Below are positions 52,474 through 62,594 of a stretch of 64,000 bases of DNA, piece by piece. The DNA is from an uncultured Candidatus Saccharibacteria bacterium (lineage in GTDB: Bacteria; Patescibacteriota; Minisyncoccia; Phycocordibacterales; UBA5272): contig CAYXWO010000001.1 in the NCBI GenBank assembly GCA_964468825.1, forward strand, positions 3,234 through 67,233. Reading direction: 5' to 3'. The position numbers and the translations under genes are program-made. The notes under the pieces are model-generated. The model ran no database searches and had not been told where the DNA came from. It saw only the letters and a list, made by a program, of their open reading frames with translations. Every line of letters begins with the position of its first letter. Within the stretch, counting starts at the first letter, position 1.

Positions 52474-53580
52474 ATGAAGAAATTACTAATTACCGCTCTG
52501 CTACTCAGCTCTTTTGAGTTCGCTTTCGCTGCCGCTCCATTTGTGAAGGCGGCATGGATCCCGTATTGGAGAAAAGACGACGGCGCAAGTACAACCCTTG
52601 CGAACCTCTCATCTTTTACAGAAATTAGCCCATTTTCTTATGAAGTGACAAGCACCGGCTCTCTTAAAGATGCTTCGAAGATTCGCGAGGAGCCTTGGGC
52701 TAGTCTCTTAAAAGATGCTCAGAAGAGGGGGATAAAAGTATACCCTTCCATCCTCTGGATTGACCGCGAAGCTATGGAGAAAATTTTGAATAATAAGACT
52801 GAGCGCAAGTATCATATAGAAGAAATAGTTTCGGAAGTTGTCTATCATAAGTTTGACGGTATTGATATTGACTATGAAGGTAAAAGCGCAGAAACAAGAG
52901 AAGGGTTCTCTGCGTTTTTAAAAGAGCTTAGTGCTGCATTAAAGAAGAATAACAAGAAGCTCATTTGTACGATCGAAGCACGTACACCAGTTGATTCTAG
53001 GTACCTAAAAGTAACTAAGGAACTCTTGGCGAGAATAGAATATTCAAATGATTTTAAAGTAATAGGGAAAGTGTGTGATCAAGTTAGGCTGATGACCTAC
53101 GATCAGATTGACGGGGACGTTGTCCTTAGTAATACCTATAAGCACCAGCTATATCGCCCTGTTGCAGACATTGCCTGGGTCAAGAAAGTGCTCACGCTAG
53201 CCTTGAGAGATATCCCAGCGAGTAGGATAGTTGTTGGAGTCGCAACATACGGGTATAAGTATGAATATACACAGACCTCAAGCGGAATAACCTATCGTCG
53301 TATAGGTTCTATGAACTACAAGTATGCTGATGAGCTAGCAAAATCGATAGGCATTACACCTACAAGAAATAAAGCAGGGGAGCTTGAGTTTTCATACTCG
53401 ACCACGACAGACCTGAGCAACAAAACATCAGGTACTCTTAAGAACTACTATGTTACCTATTCTGACTCTGGAGCTATACAGGAGAAGATACGAATCGCTA
53501 AGCTGTATAAGCTTGGTGGCGTTGCCATTTTTAAGATAGACGGAGCCCAAGACCCGAAGATTTTTGAAGTCATTAAGTAA
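52474..53580 (+). CDS. secreted glycoside hydrolase family 18 (chitinase/YdhD-like)
   Basis: Signal peptide and 'FDGIDIDYEG' (DxDxE catalytic motif). Confidence 0.7.
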   Translation: MKKLLITALLLSSFEFAFAAAPFVKAAWIPYWRKDDGASTTLANLSSFTEISPFSYEVTSTGSLKDASKIREEPWASLLKDAQKRGIKVYPSILWIDREAMEKILNNKTERKYHIEEIVSEVVYHKFDGIDIDYEGKSAETREGFSAFLKELSAALKKNNKKLICTIEARTPVDSRYLKVTKELLARIEYSNDFKVIGKVCDQVRLMTYDQIDGDVVLSNTYKHQLYRPVADIAWVKKVLTLALRDIPASRIVVGVATYGYKYEYTQTSSGITYRRIGSMNYKYADELAKSIGITPTRNKAGELEFSYSTTTDLSNKTSGTLKNYYVTYSDSGAIQEKIRIAKLYKLGGVAIFKIDGAQDPKIFEVIK

Positions 53581-53627
53581 ACATTTAACGAAGGTGAAGG
53601 GGATAAAAAATAAAAGGGTGTTGAGAT

Positions 53628-53683
53628 ACTAACCACTCAACTATTAACTAGCAACTAGTAGCCACTAACTATATACTGTTCCC
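53628..53683 (+). promoter_or_regulatory. heptad repeats ATTAACt AGCAACt AGTAGCc ACTAACt + TATACT-6nt-ATG (scpA)
   Basis: Same motif family. Confidence 0.35.
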
Positions 53684-54403
53684 ATGGAATTTACTGTTAA
53701 ATTAGAACGATTCGAAGGGCCGTATACCAAGCTTCTTGAGCTCATTGAAGGGAGAAAACTTTCAATCACTGAGATTTCTCTTGTCACTGTAGCGGATGAT
53801 TATATTGCTTACATTAAGACACTAGACCAGAAGAATTTAGTGGATATATCTCAGTTTATTGTCGTAGCGTCAACTCTCATGCTTATGAAAGCAAAGTCTC
53901 TTCTACCTGGCCTTGTTTATACAGAGGAAGAGGAGAAACAGGTAGAAGATTTAGAGCGAAAGCTTGAGCTATATTCACTTCTAACAGAGGCTCAAAGACA
54001 TACGAAAGATATTTTTAATAAGTCACCTCTTTTTACTAGACCGTATAGACAGCAGAAAGAAGTAACTGTTTTTGTTCCAGATGAACGTGTTACTAAAGAG
54101 TTGTTGGAGTCGATAGCATCTATGACTATTATGACTTTTATCGAACCAAAGTCGCTGGTAAAGGTGGCGGTTGAAAAGGCTCTACGTATGGAAAACATTA
54201 TTGAGTCTCTACTTCTAAGAGTGCAGGGAGCCCAAAATATTAGTCTAAAAAGTCTGGCTGACGGTGCGTCTACAATCGAGGAAAGAAAGAAGCTACTTAT
54301 TGTTAATTTTATCGCAATTCTTGAGCTGCTAAGGTCAGGTACTCTCGTTGCTAGCCAAGAAGGTGCAGGGGACATTATGATTTCTTCCGTAACCTCTCAG
54401 TAA
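53684..54403 (+). CDS. scpA: segregation and condensation protein A
   Basis: ScpA family N-terminus (kleisin). Confidence 0.8.
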   Translation: MEFTVKLERFEGPYTKLLELIEGRKLSITEISLVTVADDYIAYIKTLDQKNLVDISQFIVVASTLMLMKAKSLLPGLVYTEEEEKQVEDLERKLELYSLLTEAQRHTKDIFNKSPLFTRPYRQQKEVTVFVPDERVTKELLESIASMTIMTFIEPKSLVKVAVEKALRMENIIESLLLRVQGAQNISLKSLADGASTIEERKKLLIVNFIAILELLRSGTLVASQEGAGDIMISSVTSQ

Positions 54404-54427
54404 GATGGTACACTCTCACTACGTACT

Positions 54428-54934
54428 ATGTTAGAAAAAATAAGCACAATACTTTACCTTTCAGGAGACCCAATTACTATCACTAAGATGGCAGAACTTA
54501 CAGGTGCTTTGCCTGATGAAGTTGTGAGCACCCTTCCTGAGCTCAAGGAAAGATTAGAAGTAATTGGTCTTACTCTTATTATTACCGAAAGGGATATTTC
54601 GATTGTAACGAAGCCTGAACTTGCACCACTCGTTGAGTTATTTAGAAAAGATGAACTTAAGGGAGATCTAACACCAGCTACGCTACAGGTGCTTACCTTG
54701 GTTGCTTATTTAGGCTCTGTAACACGTGAACAGATTTCGTATATCAGAGGTGTGCAATCAGCGCAATCTATAAGAACTCTCTTGGTGAGAGGTCTTATCA
54801 CAAAGTCAGGAGAGGTGTGTTCACTAAGCGTAGAGGCACTACAAATGCTCGGTGTCACGTCAAAAGAAGAATTACCAGATTACCAAAGAATTTCTAGTGA
54901 ATTCTTAAAGAGACTGTCTACGAAAGAAGAATGA
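54428..54934 (+). CDS. scpB: segregation and condensation protein B
   Basis: Tandem winged-helix ScpB pattern. Confidence 0.8.
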   Translation: MLEKISTILYLSGDPITITKMAELTGALPDEVVSTLPELKERLEVIGLTLIITERDISIVTKPELAPLVELFRKDELKGDLTPATLQVLTLVAYLGSVTREQISYIRGVQSAQSIRTLLVRGLITKSGEVCSLSVEALQMLGVTSKEELPDYQRISSEFLKRLSTKEE

Positions 54935-55902
54935 GAAGGAAAAAGACATTACGACATATCAAGAACGTAAAGGTTGTTACGCCACATCTAAACACATCTG
55001 CACTTTTGGCAAGTCTTTTTTTATTGGCTGTAGTTATATTTCATCAACCTCTAGAAGATGGTTTACTGCATTCTGGTGTTAAGGAAGAAGAGAGAGCTAA
55101 CAATACTCCTTTATTTTTTGATAAAAAATCATTCGAAGGTGTGCAGCTGCAAGCTAAGGCATATGTTGTTTACGATGTTGTTGGTAAAGAAGTGATAGCG
55201 TCAAACAATCAAGAAGAGAGACTGCCCTTGGCGAGTATAACAAAAGTAATGACAGCACTTACAGCTCTTTCTCTGTTACAAGATCAGGAGGATGTTTTTG
55301 CTATAAACTCATCGATGGTTGAGGATGGCTATGACCTCGGCCTCAAGAAGGACCAAAGGTGGCATCTGACAGAGCTACTCAAGTATATGCTCATCTTTTC
55401 TTCTAACGACGCGGCGCTCGCCATAGCTGCACACTATGGAGGCCAGGCTTTTTTTGTTAAGGCGATGAATGATCTCTCGAGCTCGTACGGTCTAACTGCG
55501 ACTTTTACCGACCCTGCAGGAAGAGATGAACGAGGAGAAATTGGAGGAATGGGCACTGTGCTAGATGCTGCGAGACTCTTCATTTTGGCTAAAACTACTG
55601 CACCAGACCTACTCGATGCCACCACTAAGAAGAGACAGAGCATTTATCCACTTTCAGGTAAATTGACGGGTATACCTAACACCAATCAATCAATAGAAAC
55701 ACTTCCTGGTGCAGAGGGGTCAAAGACAGGGTATACAGATTTGGCAGGGGGCAATCTCGGGGTTGTGGTTGATATCTCTATTGGACGCCCAGTCGTACTG
55801 GTTGTCCTTGGGTCAACCCGAGAAGGTCGTTTTGATGATATTGACATATTATATAAAACGTTGCAGCGCAGCATGCTCTCTGTCCCCACTGTAAGCCAGT
55901 AG
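54931..55902 (+). CDS. D-alanyl-D-alanine carboxypeptidase (peptidase S11)
   Basis: SITK (SxxK), SSND (SxN), KTG motifs. Confidence 0.75.
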   Translation: MRRKKTLRHIKNVKVVTPHLNTSALLASLFLLAVVIFHQPLEDGLLHSGVKEEERANNTPLFFDKKSFEGVQLQAKAYVVYDVVGKEVIASNNQEERLPLASITKVMTALTALSLLQDQEDVFAINSSMVEDGYDLGLKKDQRWHLTELLKYMLIFSSNDAALAIAAHYGGQAFFVKAMNDLSSSYGLTATFTDPAGRDERGEIGGMGTVLDAARLFILAKTTAPDLLDATTKKRQSIYPLSGKLTGIPNTNQSIETLPGAEGSKTGYTDLAGGNLGVVVDISIGRPVVLVVLGSTREGRFDDIDILYKTLQRSMLSVPTVSQ

Positions 55903-55924
55903 CTGTGATATACTAAGGCTTATT

Positions 55925-56995
55925 ATGCTTGCACTAGACCCATTTAAAGTACTTCTGCCTGCTGTACTCTCATTTATTATTGGAGTTATTATCGCTCCAG
56001 CTATTGGCCGCTTCCTCGCCCATCACCAGCTCTGGAAAAAGAAAAACGTTTCAAAAACTATAGACGGAAAGGATGCTACTATCACTGCATCACTTCATAA
56101 TGATGAAAAATCTCCTGTCCCGAGATTAGGAGGAGTGGTAGTGTGGGGCTCTGTCTTTGCGACAGCGCTGTTACTTTGGTCTATATCAAAAGTTTACCCA
56201 ACTGTTTTTACAGAAAAACTTGATTTCATATCTCGTAATCAGACATGGCTTCCGCTTTTTGCGATGCTCGTCGGGGCACTCGTCGGAGGACTAGATGATC
56301 TTCTTGTTGTTGAAGCTTTTGGTAGCAAGCTTAACTCGTACATCGGTGGCGGGCTATCCTTTCCAGTAAGATTACTAGCCGTTTCCTCTCTCGGGCTTTT
56401 TGCTGGATGGTGGTTCTACTTTAAGCTTGGTGTAGATTCTGTACATATACCTTTTTATGGAGACTTCCAAATGGGGGGACTACTTTTTATTCTCTTTTTT
56501 ATCATTGTAACCCTCGCCACGTTTTCAACTGGTGTTATAGATGGGGTAGATGGGCTTTCTGGTGGTGTGATGTCTGCTGTATTCACAGCTTACGGGATGA
56601 TCGCTTATCTTCACGGACAGGTGGACATAGCTACATTATGCTTTGTTATTGTCGGAGGTATTATGGCTTTCCTTTGGTTTAACATTCCTCCTGCGATGTT
56701 CTATCTCACAGAGACCGGAATGTTAGCTCTTTCTCTTTCACTTTCGGTGATAGCGTTCTTGACTGACGCTGTTATGTATTTACCTATTATCGCTTTCCCA
56801 CTTCTTGTCACAACGGCCTCAGTTATCTTGCAGCTCTTTTGGAAAAAGGTTTTCAAGAGAAAATTATTCTTAGTTGCTCCGCTACATCATCACTTTCAGG
56901 CTAAAGGTTGGCCAGCGTACAAGGTGGCGATGAGATACTGGATTGTATCTTATATGTGTGCAATGCTTGGTGTTATTACAGTACTCATTAGCTAG
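55925..56995 (+). CDS. mraY: phospho-N-acetylmuramoyl-pentapeptide transferase
   Basis: 'GGLDDLLVV' and 'VAPLHHHFQAKGW'. Confidence 0.9.
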   Translation: MLALDPFKVLLPAVLSFIIGVIIAPAIGRFLAHHQLWKKKNVSKTIDGKDATITASLHNDEKSPVPRLGGVVVWGSVFATALLLWSISKVYPTVFTEKLDFISRNQTWLPLFAMLVGALVGGLDDLLVVEAFGSKLNSYIGGGLSFPVRLLAVSSLGLFAGWWFYFKLGVDSVHIPFYGDFQMGGLLFILFFIIVTLATFSTGVIDGVDGLSGGVMSAVFTAYGMIAYLHGQVDIATLCFVIVGGIMAFLWFNIPPAMFYLTETGMLALSLSLSVIAFLTDAVMYLPIIAFPLLVTTASVILQLFWKKVFKRKLFLVAPLHHHFQAKGWPAYKVAMRYWIVSYMCAMLGVITVLIS

Positions 56996-57000
56996 TTTGT

Positions 57001-58101
57001 ATGTTTGAAAGAGTCGACAAACCTCTCCTAATCAGCATTATATTGTTACTTTTAAGTGGACTTGTTTTTTTTGGTTCTGCAGCGCTTGGTGTGCTTGCAG
57101 TCAACGAAGTAAAATTTTTCGCAGTAGTTAAGACACAGCTCATTTATGCTGTAGTTGTGGGAGGCGCGGCGATATGTTTAGGTGCACTTATTCCATATCA
57201 CTTCTATAAACGATATGCATATTTTCTTTTTGGTGGGGCGCTTTTTCTAACGTCACTTGTTTTCGTTCCAGGTCTTTCTCGCTATCATGGGGGGGCTCAT
57301 AGATGGATAGATATTGGGTCTTTTTCATTACAACCGAGTGAAGCTCTTAAGTTCGGGTTTGTTTTAGTGATTGCCTTCTGGTGTGCAAAATATCGTAATG
57401 AGTTCAAAGATTGGAGATACGGCTTATTACCGTACTTTATTGGAGCAACACTGGTGACTATCATTTTACTTGCTCAACCTGATTTTGGTACTTATTTGGT
57501 TATTATGGGGGCATCATTTATCACATTCTTCGTTGGAGGAGCAAGGAAAAAACACATTCAGATTTTGGTCGCAGCTGGGCTTCTTGGGTTCGTTATCCTA
57601 GTCTCAATGAGACCATATATGCTGGAGCGTATCAAAACATTTGTGAGCGCAACACACGACCCTCAAGGCTCGTCTTGGCAGGTTAATCAGTCACTTATAG
57701 CATTAGGAGGAGGTGGTCTCACGGGACGAGGTTTGGGACAAAGTGTGCAAAAGTTCAACTATCTTCCTGAGCCAATCGGAGATTCGGTTTTTGCTGTCAT
57801 CGGTGAGGAGCTTGGGTTTTTAGGTGCACTCTACCTCATATTTCTTTATGGTATAGTAAGTGTTAGGGGGTATTTCATAGCAAAGAATGCAGGAGATCAA
57901 TTCGGTCGCCTTTTAGCTACTGGGATTGTTTCAATTCTCCTTATTCAAACGACTCTGAACATTGGTTCGATGCTCGGGATGTTGCCACTCACTGGTGTTC
58001 CTCTACCTCTCGTTTCCCACGGTGGTACAGCGCTCGTGGCAGCTCTCTTTGAGCTGGGTGTGCTTCTTAATATATCTAAAACTTCCTCAAATTATTTATG
58101 A
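57001..58101 (+). CDS. ftsW: SEDS-family peptidoglycan polymerase FtsW/RodA
   Basis: Ten TM helices and a conserved C-terminal 'PLPLVSHGGTA'. Confidence 0.8.
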   Translation: MFERVDKPLLISIILLLLSGLVFFGSAALGVLAVNEVKFFAVVKTQLIYAVVVGGAAICLGALIPYHFYKRYAYFLFGGALFLTSLVFVPGLSRYHGGAHRWIDIGSFSLQPSEALKFGFVLVIAFWCAKYRNEFKDWRYGLLPYFIGATLVTIILLAQPDFGTYLVIMGASFITFFVGGARKKHIQILVAAGLLGFVILVSMRPYMLERIKTFVSATHDPQGSSWQVNQSLIALGGGGLTGRGLGQSVQKFNYLPEPIGDSVFAVIGEELGFLGALYLIFLYGIVSVRGYFIAKNAGDQFGRLLATGIVSILLIQTTLNIGSMLGMLPLTGVPLPLVSHGGTALVAALFELGVLLNISKTSSNYL

Positions 58102-59204
58102 AAATAGTCTTAACAGGAGCAGGTGGAGGGCATTTTTATCCGCTTATTGCGGTTGCACTTCGTATTAAAAAAGAAGCATTCATTCAAAAGCTCGTCCAGC
58201 CTGATTTTTATTTTTTTTCAGATAAGCCCTATGATGAGGAGTCACTTTTTGAAATCGAATGTAAGTTTATTCCTATCCCAGCTGGGAAGTTAAGGTTGTA
58301 CCCTTCAGTTCAAACTATTGGAGATATAGTTAAAACAGTATGGGGGTGTGTTGTAGCTATCACTAAACTCTACTCAATATACCCTGATGTCGTCTTTGCT
58401 AAAGGCGGATACGCCAGCTTCCCAACACTTTTTGCTGCTCGTCTTCTTTCGATTCCAGTTATTGTGCATGAGAGTGACACAGTCCCAGGGAGGACTACTA
58501 AATGGGCAGGCAAGTTCGCAGAAAGGATTGCTCTGTCATACCCAGAGGCAGCACCTTTTTATCCTACAGAGAGAGTTGCTCTAACTGGCCAGCCTATACG
58601 AGACACACTTCTGCCAGAAGAAGATTTTACGAGAAATTATGTGAAAAAAGATAGACCTGTCATTCTCGTTTTTGGGGGCTCTCAGGGTAGTCAGCGAATC
58701 AATGATGCTCTCCTTTCCATACTTCCAACGCTTCTTAACTCTTACGATATTGTTCACCAGACTGGAACAGAAAATCTTGAGACAGTGAAGGAAGCCACTA
58801 AGTCGATTCTTGCCGAACATCAGTATAAGGATAGGTATTACGCAGAAGGTTTTATAGATGTTTCACTTTTCTACCCTAAGGTTGATCTCGTAGTTACTAG
58901 AGCCGGTTCTTCGATGTTTGAGATGGTTGAGTGGAGGTTACCAATGATTGTAATACCAATACCAGAAACCATCAGCAGAGACCAAAGAACCAACGCGTAC
59001 ACGATGGCGGGGTATGGAGTAGCATCTGTGATTGAGGAGGTGAACCTAGGCCCAAATATTTTGGTAGCAACTATTTCAAGAATATTAGACGACGAGAAAG
59101 AGTATATGAACATGGTTCGTCATGAAGAGAAGGTACACAGCTCTCGTGGTGCCGCCACTGTTATCGCTCGAGAAATTATTAGAATAGGGCTTAGTCACTT
59201 ATAA
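58098..59204 (+). CDS. murG: UDP-GlcNAc:lipid I GlcNAc transferase MurG
   Basis: N-terminal 'LTGAGGGHFYPLIAVA'. Overlaps ftsW by 4 nt. Confidence 0.85.
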   Translation: MKIVLTGAGGGHFYPLIAVALRIKKEAFIQKLVQPDFYFFSDKPYDEESLFEIECKFIPIPAGKLRLYPSVQTIGDIVKTVWGCVVAITKLYSIYPDVVFAKGGYASFPTLFAARLLSIPVIVHESDTVPGRTTKWAGKFAERIALSYPEAAPFYPTERVALTGQPIRDTLLPEEDFTRNYVKKDRPVILVFGGSQGSQRINDALLSILPTLLNSYDIVHQTGTENLETVKEATKSILAEHQYKDRYYAEGFIDVSLFYPKVDLVVTRAGSSMFEMVEWRLPMIVIPIPETISRDQRTNAYTMAGYGVASVIEEVNLGPNILVATISRILDDEKEYMNMVRHEEKVHSSRGAATVIAREIIRIGLSHL

Positions 59205-59214
59205 TAGAATAACT

Positions 59215-60531
59215 ATGTCAACTCCAATTGTTACAAGATTCGCCCCTTCACCAACAGGACTTCTTCATATGGGGAATTATAGAACAGCGGTTTTTGCTTA
59301 TCTCTATGCCAGAAGGATGGGAGGTAAATTTATAGTGCGCATAGAAGATACAGACAGAGAGCGTAGCAAAGAAGAGTATAAAGATAACATTTTGGAGTCC
59401 CTATCTTGGCTTGGGCTTAACTACGATGAGCTCTTTATTCAGAGCGAACATGTAGATACGCATAGAAAGTATTTAGAACAACTCATTGCCCAAGACGATG
59501 CGTATATCTCAAAAGAAGAAGCAAAAGATGGTAGCGGTGTTATGAGGGAACTTGTTCGATTTAGAAACAGGGGAGAAGTAGTTATCTTTGACGACCTTGT
59601 TCGTGGGAGAATTGAAACAGACACAACTGACTTAGGAGATTTTGTTATTGCTAAATCGCTATCTGAGCCGCTCTTTCATTTGGCTGTGGTTGTCGATGAT
59701 CATGAAGAGGGGGTTACTCATGTTATTCGCGGAGAGGATCATATCGCCAATACCCCGAGACAGATTCTTATAGCTAGAGCTCTCAACTTTCAGATACCAC
59801 TATACGCACACTTACCACTTGTTTTAGCGGAAGACAGAACCAAGCTTTCTAAACGAAAAGGAGCTCTTCCTGTTACTACATACCGCGACCAAGGATATCT
59901 TCCTGAGACCTTGCTTAATTTTATGGCGTTTACTGGCTGGAATCCAGGAGGTGAACAAGAAATTTACTCACTAGAAGAGCTTGTTTCTATTTTTGATCTT
60001 TCTAGGATTCATAAAGGTGGGGCTATCTTTAACAAAGAAAAACTTGCCTGGATGAACAAGGAACATATGCGTAGACAAGGCAAAGAAGATCAGAATAGAA
60101 TGATTGCTCCATTCTTTTCAGGTTATGATGCAGAGATTTTGCAAAAAATAATTCCTAGTATTATCGACAGAATCTCTGCCTACGGAGAGCTTTCTACAGT
60201 AGAAGAAACTGAGTTTCGATTCTTTAGAGATCGCCCGACACTTGTCGCCGAAAAGATCTTGTGGAAGAACGGCAGTAAAGAAGATGCTGTAAAACATTTA
60301 ACTGCGGTGGCCGAGCTTATTTTATACTCCGATTATTCCTCTCCAGAGGCCATTAAAGAAAGTATTATGCCATACGCTGAAGAACATGGTAAAGGTGACG
60401 TGCTTTGGCCGCTACGTATGACACTTTCTGGGCAGGAGAAGTCAGTTGACCCGTTCACAATTTGCTACGTGCTTGGATACGACGAAACAAAGGCTCGTAT
60501 TCGAGCGGCACTTCTCCTTTTAGAGTCCTGA
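59215..60531 (+). CDS. gltX: glutamate--tRNA ligase
   Basis: 'PSPTGLLHMGN' and 'KLSKRKG'. Confidence 0.9.
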   Translation: MSTPIVTRFAPSPTGLLHMGNYRTAVFAYLYARRMGGKFIVRIEDTDRERSKEEYKDNILESLSWLGLNYDELFIQSEHVDTHRKYLEQLIAQDDAYISKEEAKDGSGVMRELVRFRNRGEVVIFDDLVRGRIETDTTDLGDFVIAKSLSEPLFHLAVVVDDHEEGVTHVIRGEDHIANTPRQILIARALNFQIPLYAHLPLVLAEDRTKLSKRKGALPVTTYRDQGYLPETLLNFMAFTGWNPGGEQEIYSLEELVSIFDLSRIHKGGAIFNKEKLAWMNKEHMRRQGKEDQNRMIAPFFSGYDAEILQKIIPSIIDRISAYGELSTVEETEFRFFRDRPTLVAEKILWKNGSKEDAVKHLTAVAELILYSDYSSPEAIKESIMPYAEEHGKGDVLWPLRMTLSGQEKSVDPFTICYVLGYDETKARIRAALLLLES

Positions 60532-60548
60532 TCAGGGCCTACTTACTT

Positions 60549-61841
60549 ATGTCTCGACGCTCTTTATCTTTATTTCTACTCCTTCTATGCATTCTCTCTG
60601 TCCAGATAACAAGAGATGTTCCACATGCTCTTGGTCAATCTGCAGATCAGTTAAAAAGCGACCTAGACTCACTCTCACAAAAAATTGATGCACTTGATGC
60701 AGAGATTAAGGCATATAATAAAAAAATATCAGAGACCCAAGGAGAAGCAAAGACCTTAAAGCAGGCCTTAGCTAACCTAGAATATAAGAGGTCACTTCTT
60801 CTTAAAGAAATCAGTTCTACGAAGTTGAAAATCACGAAAGCAGAACAGAATATCTACTTTACCGAGAGTAAAATAAACACAACAGAACTAACTCTTGATA
60901 AAAACAAGACTGCTCTCGCTGAGTCACTTCGTTCATTAGATTACGGTGACACCAAAATACCTGAGTTCGTAAAAGTTTTAGCTCCGAATGCAAAGTTCTC
61001 AGACGCATTAGATTTTTCTAGAAGAAATAGTGAGGTTACAACTGCTATTAACGAGAAAGTTCAGGCATTAGTTGATACAAAACTAAGTTTGTCTGTTCAG
61101 AAAGCATCTTATGAGCAGCACAAGTCTACGCTACTTCAGTTAAACAGTAAGCTTACAGATCAAAAAGAGTTGGTGGACGAGACTTCAAAAGATAAAGCAA
61201 GATTGCTTAGAGAAACACAAAACAAGGAATCTGCATATCAAAAACTACTAGCGGATCGTAAGGTAAAGAAAAATCAACTAGAGTCTGAGATGTTGGATGT
61301 CGAAGCTAAGCTCAAGACCATAGTGGATGCTACCAAGCTTCCAAAGTACGGTAAAGGTATCCTTAAGTATCCGGTTGATAAGGTCGTGATTACTCAGTAC
61401 TTTGGCAATACGCCGTTTTCAAGTAAGAATCCTCAGGTCTACAATGGTTCAGGCCACAACGGACTTGATTTCGGTATTCCTACTGGTACACCTATTCTCT
61501 CGGCAGAAAGTGGGAGAGTAATCGGCGTGGGGGATACAGACGCTTCTTGCAATGGTGTGTCGTACGGTAAGTGGGTCCTCGTGAAGCACAACAATGGCCT
61601 CTCCACACTCTATGCTCATCTCTCTGTGATACAAGCCAAGGAAGGGGATTCTGTGACCGCAAGACAGAAGATTGGGCTCTCGGGTAATACTGGGTATAGC
61701 ACCGGCCCACACCTACACTTCACTGTTTATGCTTCAGACGCAGTAGAGGTTACTAATTATAGAAGTAAGGTCTGTGGTACCAATATGAGGATGCCTATCG
61801 CGCCACGAGCCGGGTATCTTAACCCACTCAGTTATTTGTAA
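60549..61841 (+). CDS. M23 family metallopeptidase with N-terminal coiled-coil (EnvC-like)
   Basis: 'HNGLDFGIPTGTPI' and 'GNTGYSTGPHLHF'. Signal peptide at the chosen start. Confidence 0.75.
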   Translation: MSRRSLSLFLLLLCILSVQITRDVPHALGQSADQLKSDLDSLSQKIDALDAEIKAYNKKISETQGEAKTLKQALANLEYKRSLLLKEISSTKLKITKAEQNIYFTESKINTTELTLDKNKTALAESLRSLDYGDTKIPEFVKVLAPNAKFSDALDFSRRNSEVTTAINEKVQALVDTKLSLSVQKASYEQHKSTLLQLNSKLTDQKELVDETSKDKARLLRETQNKESAYQKLLADRKVKKNQLESEMLDVEAKLKTIVDATKLPKYGKGILKYPVDKVVITQYFGNTPFSSKNPQVYNGSGHNGLDFGIPTGTPILSAESGRVIGVGDTDASCNGVSYGKWVLVKHNNGLSTLYAHLSVIQAKEGDSVTARQKIGLSGNTGYSTGPHLHFTVYASDAVEVTNYRSKVCGTNMRMPIAPRAGYLNPLSYL

Positions 61842-61856
61842 TATACTATTAACCAT

Positions 61857-61958
61857 ATGATGACTTTTACTATTCCAGCTTTTACACTCCTCATGTTCTC
61901 AGCATTCCTTGGAGGAATGGTCTTTGGGATTTGGATGTTGCTTAATAAGATTAAATAA
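61857..61958 (+). CDS. small hydrophobic peptide (33 aa), hypothetical
   Basis: MMTFTIPAFTLLMFSAFLGGMVFGIWMLLNKIK is a single TM helix. TATACT sits 9 nt upstream. Confidence 0.2.
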   Translation: MMTFTIPAFTLLMFSAFLGGMVFGIWMLLNKIK

Positions 61959-61983
61959 AAAGAGATTCATTAAAAACTAACTT

Positions 61984-62027
61984 TGTATAAATAAAATCAG
62001 CCCTCTCGAGCAGATTTTATTTATACA
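61984..62027. repeat. 15-bp perfect inverted repeat hairpin TGTATAAATAAAATC-N14-GATTTTATTTATACA (bidirectional terminator)
   Basis: Exact reverse complements. The loop contains CTCGAG. Confidence 0.6.
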
Positions 62028-62036
62028 CACCAGAAT

Positions 62037-62189
62037 TTACCTGTCAGCGTCAGTATCTAACTGAACTAACTTGTTATAGACTTTTTCTAATACAAGGTCA
62101 AGGTCGTTGCGCATATGCTGGCCGTCTGAGCCACTAGCGTATGCTTTAACAATTTCAACAGCACTGGTAAGGCAACCGTTTTTTGTCAT
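62037..62189 (-). CDS. small hypothetical protein (50 aa)
   Basis: By-eye ORF MTKNGCLTSAVEIVKAYASGSDGQHMRNDLDLVLEKVYNKLVQLDTDADR, divergent from the ORF at 62362. Confidence 0.25.
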   Translation of the reverse strand: MTKNGCLTSAVEIVKAYASGSDGQHMRNDLDLVLEKVYNKLVQLDTDADR

Positions 62190-62361
62190 TATATTCTTGG
62201 ATTGTTGGTGGGGCGTACGACTGTTCCCAACATTATTTTAATGTGCCCCATATAGTTAATATGAAGAAACCTATTAGGGACACGTTAAATTAGCTAAGCC
62301 GTACAATGGTAAGTATGGCGCTTAAATAATAAAAGGGCAAGGACTTGGGGGAACGTTATAT

Positions 62362-62592
62362 ATGAAAAGGACCAGTTTGCGGAAATCCACAAAAAAGAGT
62401 AGTGTAAGAAAATCTAAAAGGTATACTAAAGATATGTCTAAAATAGCTAATCTCAGAAAAATCCCAAAGTCTTCCTCAGGTAAATCAGAAGTAATTTCCG
62501 CTTCTGAATTGATTAATTTTTTTAATCAGAAAGGACTCGCTTCATTAAGCGGAGCTATAAAAGATGCTCAAGCTTTTCCTTCGTCTAAGTAA
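62362..62592 (+). CDS. small Lys/Ser-rich basic protein (76 aa)
   Basis: pI clearly basic (KRTSLRKSTKKSSVRKSKRYTK...). Its stop is 2 nt before the next ATG. Confidence 0.35.
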   Translation: MKRTSLRKSTKKSSVRKSKRYTKDMSKIANLRKIPKSSSGKSEVISASELINFFNQKGLASLSGAIKDAQAFPSSK

Positions 62593-62594
62593 AA

